A DNA stretch of 64,000 bases, taken from positions 1 to 64,000 of IMG/VR virus record IMGVR_UViG_3300020156_000001, one strand, 5' to 3'. Shown one piece after another: positions 9,044 to 19,328 of the stretch. The notes beneath the pieces are model-generated. The model saw nothing but the letters and a program-made list of their open reading frames with translations. It was not told the origin of the DNA and made no database searches. This DNA is from a virus (lineage: Duplodnaviria > Heunggongvirae > Uroviricota > Caudoviricetes). A program made the translations under genes and the position numbers. Position 1 is the stretch's first letter. Every line of letters starts with the position of its first letter.

Positions 9044-11809
9044 TTAGTTTGATACCAACTTGCGACCAAACCAAATATTACCAACCTGCATAAATTCGAC
9101 AAGCATTACTTTGTTTGCGGCAGTTGGCATTGTTGGGGCGATACCACCATCCCAGATGATTGAACCATCTGTTTGGCCCCAAGTTACCGTGCGACCACCA
9201 GTGGCATCCTGATGCAAAGCAACTCGTAGGGTTGTAGCTTGGTTAATATCGGCAAATGCGTTTGGCATAGTGTAAGCGCCAGTAAGCGTGAGTGTGGAAT
9301 TGCCAGTGAGAGTCAAATCCCAAGTTACGCTTTGGCGTGCGTCCACTGTTAGTGCGCCATTAACGTTGAGCTTGCGAACGTAGTCGGAAACATCACCTTT
9401 TGCCGGACCATGATTGTCATAGCGATTGCCTGCGATGTTATCGATATCCGTTTTACGCATGACGTTGGCCATGGAGTATTCGCAAGTGCCAGTCTTTTGG
9501 ATTGAACTAGCTGCGAAATAACGGGCGTCAATATAATAGCGCATACTCACGTTGCTTAGCGTGAGGAAGTTCTTATAGCTGCTGGAGTAAGCTGCGGTGC
9601 TTTGAATACCTTCACGAATAAAACCGAGAGTTTCCAAATCTTCTTCATCCGGATCAGCGGCAGTCCATACGGCTTCAGAGAAGTCACCAACAATACCGCC
9701 GATATTCTTCAAGTCTAGAATACCACCGTTATGTGTTGCCTGGCCCAGCAAGCTTACGTTGTTGACTTCCGTGTTTGAGTCTTCGCCCACTGTGATAAAC
9801 AGCAAGTTGTTCATATCAGAAATCGTATTGTTGATGCGTACCTTTGCATCCATAAAGCCATCGGGATCAGCAAATGCAAAGTTGTTGACGAGACGACCGT
9901 TAAACTTGCAACGTTCAAATGTTACGGAACCGTTTTGAGTTCCAGCAAAGTTGATGATTTCCTGTGGACGACCACGTTCAGTTGGATCCTGGTGGAACCA
10001 GCAATCCTCAGCATGGAAGCTATCAATACCATCAACTGCTTCGATGATTTTGGTTGCCGTTGTAAGCGCGATATCCAAGTTGATTCCCTTGAGTACAAAG
10101 CGACCCATACCTGGAAGAATATCAAAGCTACCACGGAACTTGGTTACTTCCGGGCCCATCATTGAAATCAACTGAACGTTTTGACGATTGACAAGAACGT
10201 TTTCGTTATAAGTGCCTGGTAGCAAGTAGATAAAGTGGATCGAAGGATCACCATCGGAAATACGGTTGATTGCCAATTGAATCGTCTTGTATGGATCGTT
10301 AAGTTGGCCAGTTGTTGTAGCCGTATTGGTGGATCCATACTCGGGATCAACAACAAGGATCTTTGGAACAGTAAACGTAAACTTGCTGATCGTGTTCTTG
10401 TAAAGGGTGCGGTTTGCATCCATTGCAACCAAGTTATCCGAATAGATCTTTGGAGCTTGGATTGGTGCGTTTGAAAAGTCCACGCTGATTGTGCCGGTGC
10501 GAGTAATGCTACCAGTTGGTGACATTGTAATACCAACGCCCGCTGTAATCTCTGTTACGCCCGCGGCGCTTGTTGATTCCTTGGACCAGAACATCTGACC
10601 CGAGTTGTTGATCTTCAAGAACGCGGATGCACCAGCGGTAATTTCAGCCGCTGTAAATGGTGGCTTCTTATTTGGAAAACGCTGTTCGCTTACAACCCAC
10701 TGTTCCGGCGGAAGTTCAACCACGGCCAGCGGATCATTTGGATTAAACGCATTTGGGTCAATTGTTGTCACGTTGCGAAGAACAAATGGACCGGCATCAC
10801 GTGTTTCCCAAGTAATACCCTTGATACGTTCGCCTGTGATCTTGCGACCATTAACAGCGAGATCGCCACCAAGCTTTGGCGTGTTATCGTTTTCAACCTT
10901 AAACGTTGGCGGTGTAACGCTGGTGTTTTGAACCCTGGATAGTTCGATTTGGTATTCGTTATTGGTTGCAGAATCCCACATTACCAGCTTGGAGCCGGTT
11001 TGAATTGCTTGATTTTCTGGGTAATCCGGAAGCTTTGCAAAAGCAAAATCCACAACCGGATTAGCTGGATCCGTAGCTACGACATCAATACCTTTGCCAC
11101 CTACAACTGAAATAACCTTTGCAGGGTTTACAGGAGTTGGCGCTGGTAGCTTTGTCCAAGCCAAACCGAATTCGTTACCCGCGACTGGACGCCAAGCAAG
11201 TACCCAATAGTCAGTTGGCAAAAAGCTTACCGATGGCATTGGGAATGTTTTAGCCGCGCCGGATTCAGTACCCACGATAAGATTGCCCTTGGCCAAGGTG
11301 TGACCCTCAAGGCCAATATCAAATGTATCGGAAGCCACGCTAACAACTGTACCATATTCATCTAGCGTAAAGTTTGGAACCGTAAGTTGCTTGATATTTG
11401 TAGGATGCTGAGTACCAACGCTGGTTGCAGGATGAGGTCCATTAACCGTGCGAGTTGGAATTGCAAGCGAAGTAACTGCAATCACACGACCCTTTGAATC
11501 CACGCTGAGAACAAGACGATTGTTTTCAGTTGTGTAATCGCCCGCAACAACACCGCTATCACTTAGTGTGAGGTCGAGTGTACGGAAGATTTCAGGATCA
11601 TTACCCAAGGGCTGGCTGATACCAACGGCATCACCGGTAATTTCCAACTGCTTATCATGTAGATAAGACAGCTCGTTGCTTGCAATTTTCAAGCCTTCTT
11701 TGAGACGAGCAAAGTTGTTACGAAACCCTTGCGACGAGTTGTTCTTACCCGCAACTGGATAAGTTTCGTCAATGCTGGTCAAAAGAACGTCATTAATATT
11801 GGAAGTCAT
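9044..11809 (-). CDS. Tail fibre/spike with beta-helix (pectin-lyase-like) region
   Basis: 921 aa; N-term IDETYPVAGKNNSSQGFRNNF (virion-anchor-like); DPYKTIQLAI...LLPGTYNENV beta-helix start; C-term QDATGGRTVTW. Confidence 0.75.
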   Translation of the reverse strand: MTSNINDVLLTSIDETYPVAGKNNSSQGFRNNFARLKEGLKIASNELSYLHDKQLEITGDAVGISQPLGNDPEIFRTLDLTLSDSGVVAGDYTTENNRLVLSVDSKGRVIAVTSLAIPTRTVNGPHPATSVGTQHPTNIKQLTVPNFTLDEYGTVVSVASDTFDIGLEGHTLAKGNLIVGTESGAAKTFPMPSVSFLPTDYWVLAWRPVAGNEFGLAWTKLPAPTPVNPAKVISVVGGKGIDVVATDPANPVVDFAFAKLPDYPENQAIQTGSKLVMWDSATNNEYQIELSRVQNTSVTPPTFKVENDNTPKLGGDLAVNGRKITGERIKGITWETRDAGPFVLRNVTTIDPNAFNPNDPLAVVELPPEQWVVSEQRFPNKKPPFTAAEITAGASAFLKINNSGQMFWSKESTSAAGVTEITAGVGITMSPTGSITRTGTISVDFSNAPIQAPKIYSDNLVAMDANRTLYKNTISKFTFTVPKILVVDPEYGSTNTATTTGQLNDPYKTIQLAINRISDGDPSIHFIYLLPGTYNENVLVNRQNVQLISMMGPEVTKFRGSFDILPGMGRFVLKGINLDIALTTATKIIEAVDGIDSFHAEDCWFHQDPTERGRPQEIINFAGTQNGSVTFERCKFNGRLVNNFAFADPDGFMDAKVRINNTISDMNNLLFITVGEDSNTEVNNVSLLGQATHNGGILDLKNIGGIVGDFSEAVWTAADPDEEDLETLGFIREGIQSTAAYSSSYKNFLTLSNVSMRYYIDARYFAASSIQKTGTCEYSMANVMRKTDIDNIAGNRYDNHGPAKGDVSDYVRKLNVNGALTVDARQSVTWDLTLTGNSTLTLTGAYTMPNAFADINQATTLRVALHQDATGGRTVTWGQTDGSIIWDGGIAPTMPTAANKVMLVEFMQVGNIWFGRKLVSN

Positions 11810-11815
11810 CAGCTA

Positions 11816-14800
11816 TTACCTATACGGGTTAGCAAGCCTATCCGCGAGGATTGGTGCATCATCTTCGAACTTGTAATATTTACCAGTTTCAACTGTTTTC
11901 ACATCGAAGAGTGTTTGCTGAATTAGACCGTCAACATCGTTTGGATCTTGATCCGGAGGCAGTGGGTGATTCTGCAAATCCGGTTCATCAAATATGGTTG
12001 TTGGTTCTCCATCAACTGAGTCGAAGAATGTGGTTGTACGGGTAACAATATCACTAATATAGTAGCGGTCTAGGATAAACTCTCGACCACGGAATGTACG
12101 GTTGAAGCCTGCCTGTGTGAGCAAGTTTACTGTGGACTGGCCCTTGCCTGGCTTTACATAAGCAACAAGAATTGCAGGGGTGAATCCAACGATTTCAGGT
12201 CGGCTTGGTTGTTTGCGAGAACGCATCCACAAAGGCAAACCCTCTTGATTTGCAAGTCCAAGTCCTTGACGACCATCAACTTGAGAGATCAAATCATCAC
12301 GCGCATTTGCCACGCTATTTGGGAAATAGCGGCTTAGCTGGGATTGTTCATCCCAAAGCGTGTTGTCGTAGGGTTTGCTTTGCTTGAGGGTTAGAGTTTC
12401 CTCAGAAAGGTTATCTAGGAATCCACCGACTTTGATAAGTGGGTCATGCACGCGCATATAAACGACATCATAAACATGCGTGCCATTCATATCATGCGCG
12501 GGTGACCATGTGAGGTTACCAAACACCAAATACATGCGCTTGTGGTAATCCTTTAGGTAATCCATGATTTGATTTGGTTTTACCACAGAAGTGCCGCTCA
12601 ACACATACATGTGTGGCTGCTCTAGGGTGCCAAAGTTTGGATCAGTTGGGCGGAAAATATCATTGCGTGGAATGATCTGTTTGGAATCAGTCCAGTTGAA
12701 AACTTCCAAACGATCATAACCCATCATGTTGGCTTTAAAGTTCAACACGCTTGCGCCGGAATACTGGCTTACGATTGTGAGCGAGAACTCACGATCCACA
12801 TAACGCGCACCCACAGTCGCACGCACGATAAAGGTATACTCAATCGTGTTATCAACAAATGGCGCAATACCCGTGATATATCCGGTTTCCTGATCAAGTT
12901 CCATACCATCGGGAAGAATACCACCAGATGGATTCAGCATGTAGGAGATAGGCAAACCTTCTGGGCTTTTTGCTTCAACACCTAAGTGGCTAGCAAATGT
13001 CTCGTAAATGTTACCAATGTTACCCGCTGGGGTAATCCAAATGATCTGGTCACTATCGGGTAGATTTTCCTCTTGGTTGATAACATCGACTAGAAAGTCT
13101 TGGAAGATTTGGTTGTCTTCGATATCCGTTACAATCACGCGGAAAAAGTATTGGCCCAATTGTGCGGATGGATCAATAATACCTTCGATGTCGCCCTTGT
13201 CATCAAGACCCAATCCCACTGGAAGCACACCATTATAAACGCCCGGCGCATCAGCAATCGACGGAACAAAGTCCACTCGATAATCCAGCGCATCGCCATC
13301 CGTGTTAATCACTTCGATATGCTTGTAATAGGAATTACCAATGTTAGCTTTACCCAAACGCTTAATGCCGCTACCATAGTCGAATAGCGAGCTAAGCCAG
13401 GATGGTCTAAACGTGTGAAGTTCGTTCTTGTATTTGCAAGACAACACAAACAAACGTTCTGCAATCATACCATTTGAAGCTGTGGCGCGGATTAAAAACT
13501 CATAACGGCGAGGTTCTGTTGAGTACGGAATGTTTCCAACACGACCATTCAAATAACCAAAATACGTGGTTACTCCATTTACGGTTTGGCTACCAAGGGT
13601 AAACTGCAAACCCGGAGGCAGTGCTTTTTGCGGGGTGATCGTATATGTGACTGGGAGACCATCGACTTGAACAGCTTCAAAGCGAACAACAGTTTCATTA
13701 AACTGGTATCCTTTTTCCACAGGCACCACTGTAAGCTCACCAGCAGGTGGTGTAATCCAAACCGGTGGCTGAGGAACATTGCGAGTGTTCAAGCGGAAAC
13801 GACGCGCACTGGTCATTCGACCATCCGTTGCAAGTATCGCGTAAAGGCCAGAAACGTCTCCGGTAATCGCTGGAGCGGTTACACGAAAGTTTGCAACGTC
13901 GGCTTGTTCCATGATGTTACCAACACTAGTGACGTATTCCAGCGTCTTGTAGAACACAATCGTACCCAGTGTGGTGTATGCGGGCGGAACATCAAGGCCA
14001 ACGTAGGAAAAATCAACGCGTTCACTATCGCGGTAATAATCGGATGAACTCGCACGCAACTCAAACAACTCACGTGTTTGCTCATCAATATCGAACTGAT
14101 ATTCTTGATCAGCCCATTCAATCCGTGTGTTGGTAAACCAAGCATAAGCAAGACGATTTGGTGAATGAACATAAATGTTCGCCAGCTTGGCTTGTGTTTG
14201 TGTGCCATTGATATCCACAAACACCGGAGCATCCACACGAACATGTTGGACTTCAGTTGGTGCAAAAGGATTTGGAGTAGCTTGTTCAATAATAAGCTTG
14301 CGTACCTCAGCATGGCTGAGTTGAGGTTTTGCTTCCAACTGCATAAGCGCGATACCCGCGACTACCGGTGCAGCCATCGAAGTGCCAGTTTTCAACGCAT
14401 ATGAACCCGTGCGTGCGAGATCCACTTGTTCGTCAAAGACTTGCAAAGATGCACCGTAAATGTCCACACCAGGTGCAAACACATCAACAACATCACCCCA
14501 ATTTGAGCCTTTCCAAATGGAATCGTTTGAGCTTGCTGCGGATCTTGGAAATACCGAAGCACCAACAACAATTGGCTTGAGCGGTGAGAACACCGTTTGC
14601 AGTTGATATTGTCCATCAACTTCAACAAGCTCACGCTTTGTGCCCGCACTTGCTGGGCTTTCCAAGTAAGCATCTGTACCATTGTTACCCGCGCTGACCA
14701 CAACAGTGATACCCACGTTGATCATGCTTGCAACAATAATATGTCCTACTTCGCTTTTGCCGTTGATAGCCAAACTGAGGTTTGCAACACTTGGGCCACC

Positions 14801-15694
14801 AAGGCTTGTATGGGTTTGAACAACCCAGTCCACAGCATCCAAAAGATTTTCTGTGGTGGATGGTGCAAAATTGGAAAATGCACGAACACTGATAACAGTG
14901 GCACCCGGTGCAACACCAACAGTTGAGCCCGCTGCGATACTTGCGACGTGCGTGCCGTGATCGTCTGTTATCACGTTTACACCATCATATCCAACTTCAG
15001 TGGATGGTTCACCATAAAGAGGATCGCCAACACTACGAAAAGCATCAAAGCGATATGTGGGGCTTACACGGCCACGAAGCTCATCGTGATTGCTTTGCAC
15101 ACCAGTATCAATAACAAATACACGAGTACCAGCGCCGTTACGGGTAAAGCGGATGTTCTCGAAAAAGTTGATTGTGCGGTGTGCAATTCGTTCGATACCC
15201 CAGTTGTAACGCTGTAGGTCCTGAACACGAGTAAACTCGTTGATAGGTTGGTTATTTTCTGTAACGTTGGTGACATTGGAAAAATCAGTGGAGCTTGTTA
15301 AAGTTGCCATAAGCGTGCGGTATTGATCCGCGCTCAATGTCGTAAACAAGCTTTGAGGAAGCAACTCATAAGAGTTTACTGTGATATCCAGACGTTTTAG
15401 TAGCGCCAAACGTACTGGACCCAATGCAGCGGGCGAATCCAAGTGGATTTCGTATTGCTTGGTGGGGATGGTGTTTTCGTGCAGGTAAACGCCTTGGGTT
15501 TGTTCAACCATTGCGATACCATGCTGAGTTTTAAGCCAGTCCGCTTGTTCCGTAGTTAGCGAAACATTCATTAGCAGAGGAAAGCTTTTCCACGTGCGAA
15601 TGTCAGTAAAAGAGGATTGTTCCAACAGTGTACGAACTGCTGGTACATTCTCTATTGTATCTACGATGATATGGTAACGCTGACGATTCTGCAT
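11816..15694 (-). CDS. Subtilisin-like (S8) protease fused to Ig-like repeats and baseplate-like C-terminus
   Basis: 1292 aa; triad motifs VIDTG, HGTHVAS, GTSMAAP; oxyanion SAGN; then WITPPAG/LPPGL Ig-like repeats and GLPLWMRS..GF.PA..YVKPG. Confidence 0.9.
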   Translation of the reverse strand: MQNRQRYHIIVDTIENVPAVRTLLEQSSFTDIRTWKSFPLLMNVSLTTEQADWLKTQHGIAMVEQTQGVYLHENTIPTKQYEIHLDSPAALGPVRLALLKRLDITVNSYELLPQSLFTTLSADQYRTLMATLTSSTDFSNVTNVTENNQPINEFTRVQDLQRYNWGIERIAHRTINFFENIRFTRNGAGTRVFVIDTGVQSNHDELRGRVSPTYRFDAFRSVGDPLYGEPSTEVGYDGVNVITDDHGTHVASIAAGSTVGVAPGATVISVRAFSNFAPSTTENLLDAVDWVVQTHTSLGGPSVANLSLAINGKSEVGHIIVASMINVGITVVVSAGNNGTDAYLESPASAGTKRELVEVDGQYQLQTVFSPLKPIVVGASVFPRSAASSNDSIWKGSNWGDVVDVFAPGVDIYGASLQVFDEQVDLARTGSYALKTGTSMAAPVVAGIALMQLEAKPQLSHAEVRKLIIEQATPNPFAPTEVQHVRVDAPVFVDINGTQTQAKLANIYVHSPNRLAYAWFTNTRIEWADQEYQFDIDEQTRELFELRASSSDYYRDSERVDFSYVGLDVPPAYTTLGTIVFYKTLEYVTSVGNIMEQADVANFRVTAPAITGDVSGLYAILATDGRMTSARRFRLNTRNVPQPPVWITPPAGELTVVPVEKGYQFNETVVRFEAVQVDGLPVTYTITPQKALPPGLQFTLGSQTVNGVTTYFGYLNGRVGNIPYSTEPRRYEFLIRATASNGMIAERLFVLSCKYKNELHTFRPSWLSSLFDYGSGIKRLGKANIGNSYYKHIEVINTDGDALDYRVDFVPSIADAPGVYNGVLPVGLGLDDKGDIEGIIDPSAQLGQYFFRVIVTDIEDNQIFQDFLVDVINQEENLPDSDQIIWITPAGNIGNIYETFASHLGVEAKSPEGLPISYMLNPSGGILPDGMELDQETGYITGIAPFVDNTIEYTFIVRATVGARYVDREFSLTIVSQYSGASVLNFKANMMGYDRLEVFNWTDSKQIIPRNDIFRPTDPNFGTLEQPHMYVLSGTSVVKPNQIMDYLKDYHKRMYLVFGNLTWSPAHDMNGTHVYDVVYMRVHDPLIKVGGFLDNLSEETLTLKQSKPYDNTLWDEQSQLSRYFPNSVANARDDLISQVDGRQGLGLANQEGLPLWMRSRKQPSRPEIVGFTPAILVAYVKPGKGQSTVNLLTQAGFNRTFRGREFILDRYYISDIVTRTTTFFDSVDGEPTTIFDEPDLQNHPLPPDQDPNDVDGLIQQTLFDVKTVETGKYYKFEDDAPILADRLANPYR

Positions 15695-15728
15695 GATAAA
15701 CTCCCGCTTACGGGATATTTATCAGTGC

Positions 15729-16070
15729 TTAGTGGTGAACCTTTTTATTGAGATTGAGGCCAATTTTCCACAGAACCCCAACCTTTTCCCTTACTTTGCG
15801 AAGGGCTTGTTCAGTGCGACGAACCCTGACTATGGGCGCAATGCTTGCAAAGGTAACCGTATCAATCAAATACAAACGGATACCCAAATCCGGTGCAGGT
15901 GTGTATGTGTTATCATCGCGCATTCCGCTACGAACTTGCACGGAAAACGGTGTCCTAGGTATGCTGGTCTGCCAACAGATTTCCCCATTGCCACGCTGAA
16001 ACTCCTGAAACCTCATGGTGTGGACCATGAGGTTCCGAAAAGCTTTGATGTCGTTGGAAAAACTCTTCAA
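15729..16070 (-). CDS. Hypothetical protein
   Basis: 113 aa, GAGG SD, in minus-strand run. Confidence 0.6.
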   Translation of the reverse strand: MKSFSNDIKAFRNLMVHTMRFQEFQRGNGEICWQTSIPRTPFSVQVRSGMRDDNTYTPAPDLGIRLYLIDTVTFASIAPIVRVRRTEQALRKVREKVGVLWKIGLNLNKKVHH

Positions 16071-16077
16071 TTAGCCC

Positions 16078-16449
16078 TCATTCGTCGTCTTTGTCGAACT
16101 TTCCGCTGAGCTTAGCAATAAACATCAGCTTTTTCATGTGCGCGGTAAAGCCTGGGTAGATCTTTTCCACATCAACGAGGATGTCATCCTCGACCTTGAC
16201 CGACACGGGCTGATATCCCTTGTTGAGTTTTTCACGCATCTTCTTCTTGACTTGGTACTCATTCTCAAAGAACGAGTGGTAGTCGTTGAACTGCTTGAAA
16301 GTCATCTTGATCAACTTCTTCTCGCCACGCGGGCCCCAGAAGTTGTAGACCTTGTCGCCGATTGTAAACCAACCCCAGATCTTGTCGTTGTTCTTGGCCG
16401 GATTGTGGCACCAGCCGAAAAACCTTACTTGAATTTCACCATCAGCCAT
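16078..16449 (-). CDS. WGR-like domain protein
   Basis: DKIWG...FWGPRG...EKLNKGY pattern; start moved to ATG 16449 after AGGAGATCGAA and a TTGACA promoter. Confidence 0.65.
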   Translation of the reverse strand: MADGEIQVRFFGWCHNPAKNNDKIWGWFTIGDKVYNFWGPRGEKKLIKMTFKQFNDYHSFFENEYQVKKKMREKLNKGYQPVSVKVEDDILVDVEKIYPGFTAHMKKLMFIAKLSGKFDKDDE

Positions 16450-16508
16450 TTCGATCTCCTTTTTAAACTGGTGCCCCAAATGTAGCACCAGTTCCAGTTG
16501 TGTCAACC

Positions 16509-16814
16509 CTATGGAACAACACTTGTTAGGACACCATAGATATTTGAAAGTGAGGTCCACCCATTGACGTGGCCTTTGTTGTTGGATATTTGAACTTGAT
16601 TGCTACGCACGCCAGTTACCAAGTGCAGGTATTGTGTGCCATTGACTTTGCAGAGGACGATATCGCCTTTGGCTAAAACATGTGTGCTGGTGTAGGGCTT
16701 AACCGTGCAAAGGTCCCCACTGTTGATTTTGGGGACCATAGAATTACCGCGTGGACGAAAGCTAACAGTTTTACCCGTTTGCAAGTCTGCGATGTAGTTT
16801 GAGGCCCATCCCAT
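16509..16814 (-). CDS. S24/S26 peptidase-like protein
   Basis: GNSMVPKINSGD...GDIVLCKV..YLHLV; start moved to MGWAS. Confidence 0.7.
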   Translation of the reverse strand: MGWASNYIADLQTGKTVSFRPRGNSMVPKINSGDLCTVKPYTSTHVLAKGDIVLCKVNGTQYLHLVTGVRSNQVQISNNKGHVNGWTSLSNIYGVLTSVVP

Positions 16815-17079
16815 AATTGGTCCGCCGTTCGTGTTTGCGATGAAGATCGCTATCTGCGAAGAACAAGCGATCACCTACGTTAGTTCGATACCAAGCACGA
16901 ATTTGCTTGCGAAGCAAATCCTTTTGCGGCCGTGGGATTTCTTGCGTTGCTGCTAACACATTGCTTACCTTACGAATCATCTCGTCGGTGTCCGTAGTCG
17001 TGTGCATGAGAACACTCAAATACTTGAGCATCTTTGGGTGTTTCAGCATCTTAACAATGGTGTTGTGCGCGTTTTTCAT
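16771..17079 (-). CDS. Hypothetical protein
   Basis: 102 aa directly below a TTGACA..TGCTAA promoter. Confidence 0.55.
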   Translation of the reverse strand: MKNAHNTIVKMLKHPKMLKYLSVLMHTTTDTDEMIRKVSNVLAATQEIPRPQKDLLRKQIRAWYRTNVGDRLFFADSDLHRKHERRTNYGMGLKLHRRLANG

Positions 17080-17109
17080 ATTCCCAAATTAGCACAATTC
17101 AGGAAGATG

Positions 17110-17523
17110 TCAACCAAATCTGAGCTTAAACAGGATTGCATCTTTTGGATTCAAGAACTCCACGCGCATGGTGTACCGAAGAGTTTCCGTAAAAATCTGA
17201 TTTTCAACATGATTGGTGGTCCAATTTGCCTTGTAATAGGCAAACACTTCACCCCTACAGTTAGTTTTTAACCAAACGTAGACAGGTAAGTCTTCAAGTG
17301 AAAGAACCAATTCACCATCGTTGTTGGAAATCTTTGCACTGCCATTGTTGTGCTCAATGTTTACGATAGTTTTATCCTTGCGGGTCCAAAGAAAGAAACT
17401 AATCCATTTAGGCCAGTTACGAATGCGGATGTATTCTTGCCGATCATGATCAACACCCCAATGAGCAGCCATTCGGATGTGCGATTCTTCACGATCAATC
17501 GACGGCAAAAAGCTCCACTTCAT
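17110..17523 (-). CDS. Small protein, F-x4-DA-x2-FKL family
   Basis: Ends FLNPKDAILFKLRFG; ATGA overlap with glycosyltransferase stop. Confidence 0.7.
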   Translation of the reverse strand: MKWSFLPSIDREESHIRMAAHWGVDHDRQEYIRIRNWPKWISFFLWTRKDKTIVNIEHNNGSAKISNNDGELVLSLEDLPVYVWLKTNCRGEVFAYYKANWTTNHVENQIFTETLRYTMRVEFLNPKDAILFKLRFG

Positions 17524-18527
17524 ACAAGGTTTCTCCGGAACTGATCCGTACAAGCTTCCCACGTAAACTTGTGGGCATGATCGATAACATTCTGCTTGTT
17601 GAGATCCATTGCAAGGGTTGCAAGAGTTTCCAAATCATCACCCAAATATCCGGAGATGCCATCGGCGACAACATCAACCGGACCTACCACAGGATATCCA
17701 ACCACCGGCACACCCGATGCCATTGCTTCAAGCATTACAAGACCAAACGTATCACTTTTACTGGGAAAAGCAAAAACGTCGGCAGTGCGATAAGCTTGGG
17801 CTAGTTCCTTACCATGCAAGGGTCCAAGAAACGTAACGGCGTGACCCCAACGGCGGCGATAATCTTCCAACTTGGGTCCATCACCAACCTGCACAATAGT
17901 CCATCTCTGTTGTGCTAGGCTGGTAAACTGATTGTAAAATTCCTCGAGATTTTTCTCCGCACTTACGCGACCCACATTGAGCACGATTGGTCGGCGCATT
18001 GCGTCCATTTGACCATGACGAGGACCATTGGGCGTAAACAAACTGATGTCAACACCACGCGACCACATCTTGAGATTTTTAAAACCCTCAGCGTGGAGTT
18101 CATCCCTCATACTGGGCGTGTTAACCATCACACTGGTGGCTTTGCTGTGAAACCAACGAAGCACGCTATAAGTGAGCATGGCAGGCACGCCGTAGATCTT
18201 GTGCAGGTATTGCGGGAACTGGGTGTGATAGCTTGTGGAAAATGATCGCTTGTTTAAGCGGCACCAAATCATTGCAGCCCATCCCAATGGACCTTCAGTT
18301 GCAATGTGGATATGGTCAGGATTGAATTCAGCGATTCTTTTGCCAACACCCAAAGGCAAAGCCACTCGAATTTCCGCATAACGTGGCAAAGCAAAATTGC
18401 GGAACAAATCCGGATGGATCACTTCAACTTGAAAATCCGTGAGATGCTTGATTGTGGTTTCAAGCGTGCGAACAACCCCATTTACCTGGGGCTTCCAAGC
18501 GTCCGACACAATTACAAGCTTTTTCAT
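17520..18527 (-). CDS. GT4 glycosyltransferase, Agt-like glycolipid synthase
   Basis: DAWKPQVNGVVRTL, HIATEGPLG, VGRVSAEKN, FPSKSDTFGLVMLEAMASG; ATGA-coupled to upstream PlcP-like gene. Confidence 0.88.
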   Translation of the reverse strand: MKKLVIVSDAWKPQVNGVVRTLETTIKHLTDFQVEVIHPDLFRNFALPRYAEIRVALPLGVGKRIAEFNPDHIHIATEGPLGWAAMIWCRLNKRSFSTSYHTQFPQYLHKIYGVPAMLTYSVLRWFHSKATSVMVNTPSMRDELHAEGFKNLKMWSRGVDISLFTPNGPRHGQMDAMRRPIVLNVGRVSAEKNLEEFYNQFTSLAQQRWTIVQVGDGPKLEDYRRRWGHAVTFLGPLHGKELAQAYRTADVFAFPSKSDTFGLVMLEAMASGVPVVGYPVVGPVDVVADGISGYLGDDLETLATLAMDLNKQNVIDHAHKFTWEACTDQFRRNLV

Positions 18528-19252
18528 TTATGATACCTCAGAATTTCCAGGCGTCCATCATAATGCTCTACAAGCGCAGTGCAAGACTCAACCCAATCAC
18601 CATCGTTCGCGTAGATGAAACCATCTATCTCTTTGATTTCCGCATGATGGATATGCCCACACACGACGCCATCATATCCATTGCTACGCGCAAATCCACT
18701 CACTGTCTCCTCAAAATTACCAATGAAGTTAACAGCTTGCTTGACGTTATTTTTGGCAAACGCACTCAGTGACCAATATGGAAGCCCACGCCAATCTCGA
18801 TACTTTTGATACAAGCGATTCGCACGGATCATCCAGTTGTAGAGGAAGTCACCGATATGGGCCATCCACTTGTGATGATTGATAACCATATCAAACTCAT
18901 CACCGTGCATGACCATCAAACGTTTTCCGTTGGCCAACTCATGCACAAAGTTTTGATGAACATGGATTCCAGCAAAACTTGTACCCACGTATTCACGAGC
19001 AGCTTCATCATGATTGCCAGGAATATAAATGACTTCCGTGCCCTTGCGTGCCTTGCGCATGATCTTTTGGATAAAGTCGCTATGTGTTTGGTGCCAGTAG
19101 AAACGCTTCTTCAAACGCCAGCCATCAACAATATCACCAACCAAAAACAAACGGTCGGATTCATGCTCTTTTAGAAAATCAAGTAGCTGAGCTGCCGAGG
19201 AACCTGGAGTTCCCAAATGCACATCGCTAATCCAAATTGTACGGTACTGCAA
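18524..19252 (-). CDS. plcP: Metallophosphoesterase, PlcP-type phospholipase C (LpxH-like)
   Basis: SDVHLG, GDIVDGW, GNHD, HGD, GHIH, NDGDWVES; GNHD (PlcP type) rather than LpxH GNRD; next to Agt-like GT. Confidence 0.82.
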   Translation of the reverse strand: MQYRTIWISDVHLGTPGSSAAQLLDFLKEHESDRLFLVGDIVDGWRLKKRFYWHQTHSDFIQKIMRKARKGTEVIYIPGNHDEAAREYVGTSFAGIHVHQNFVHELANGKRLMVMHGDEFDMVINHHKWMAHIGDFLYNWMIRANRLYQKYRDWRGLPYWSLSAFAKNNVKQAVNFIGNFEETVSGFARSNGYDGVVCGHIHHAEIKEIDGFIYANDGDWVESCTALVEHYDGRLEILRYHK

Positions 19253-19328
19253 AGGACAACCTCTATTAAGTGTTATCCTTTTTTAACATTTAGATTTGTT
19301 CAGGTAGAATAAAAGAATTATGAAGCTT

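Noticed and set aside
18524-19252. LpxH lipid A biosynthesis enzyme
   Set aside because: GNHD rather than GNRD and coupling to an Agt-like GT favour PlcP.
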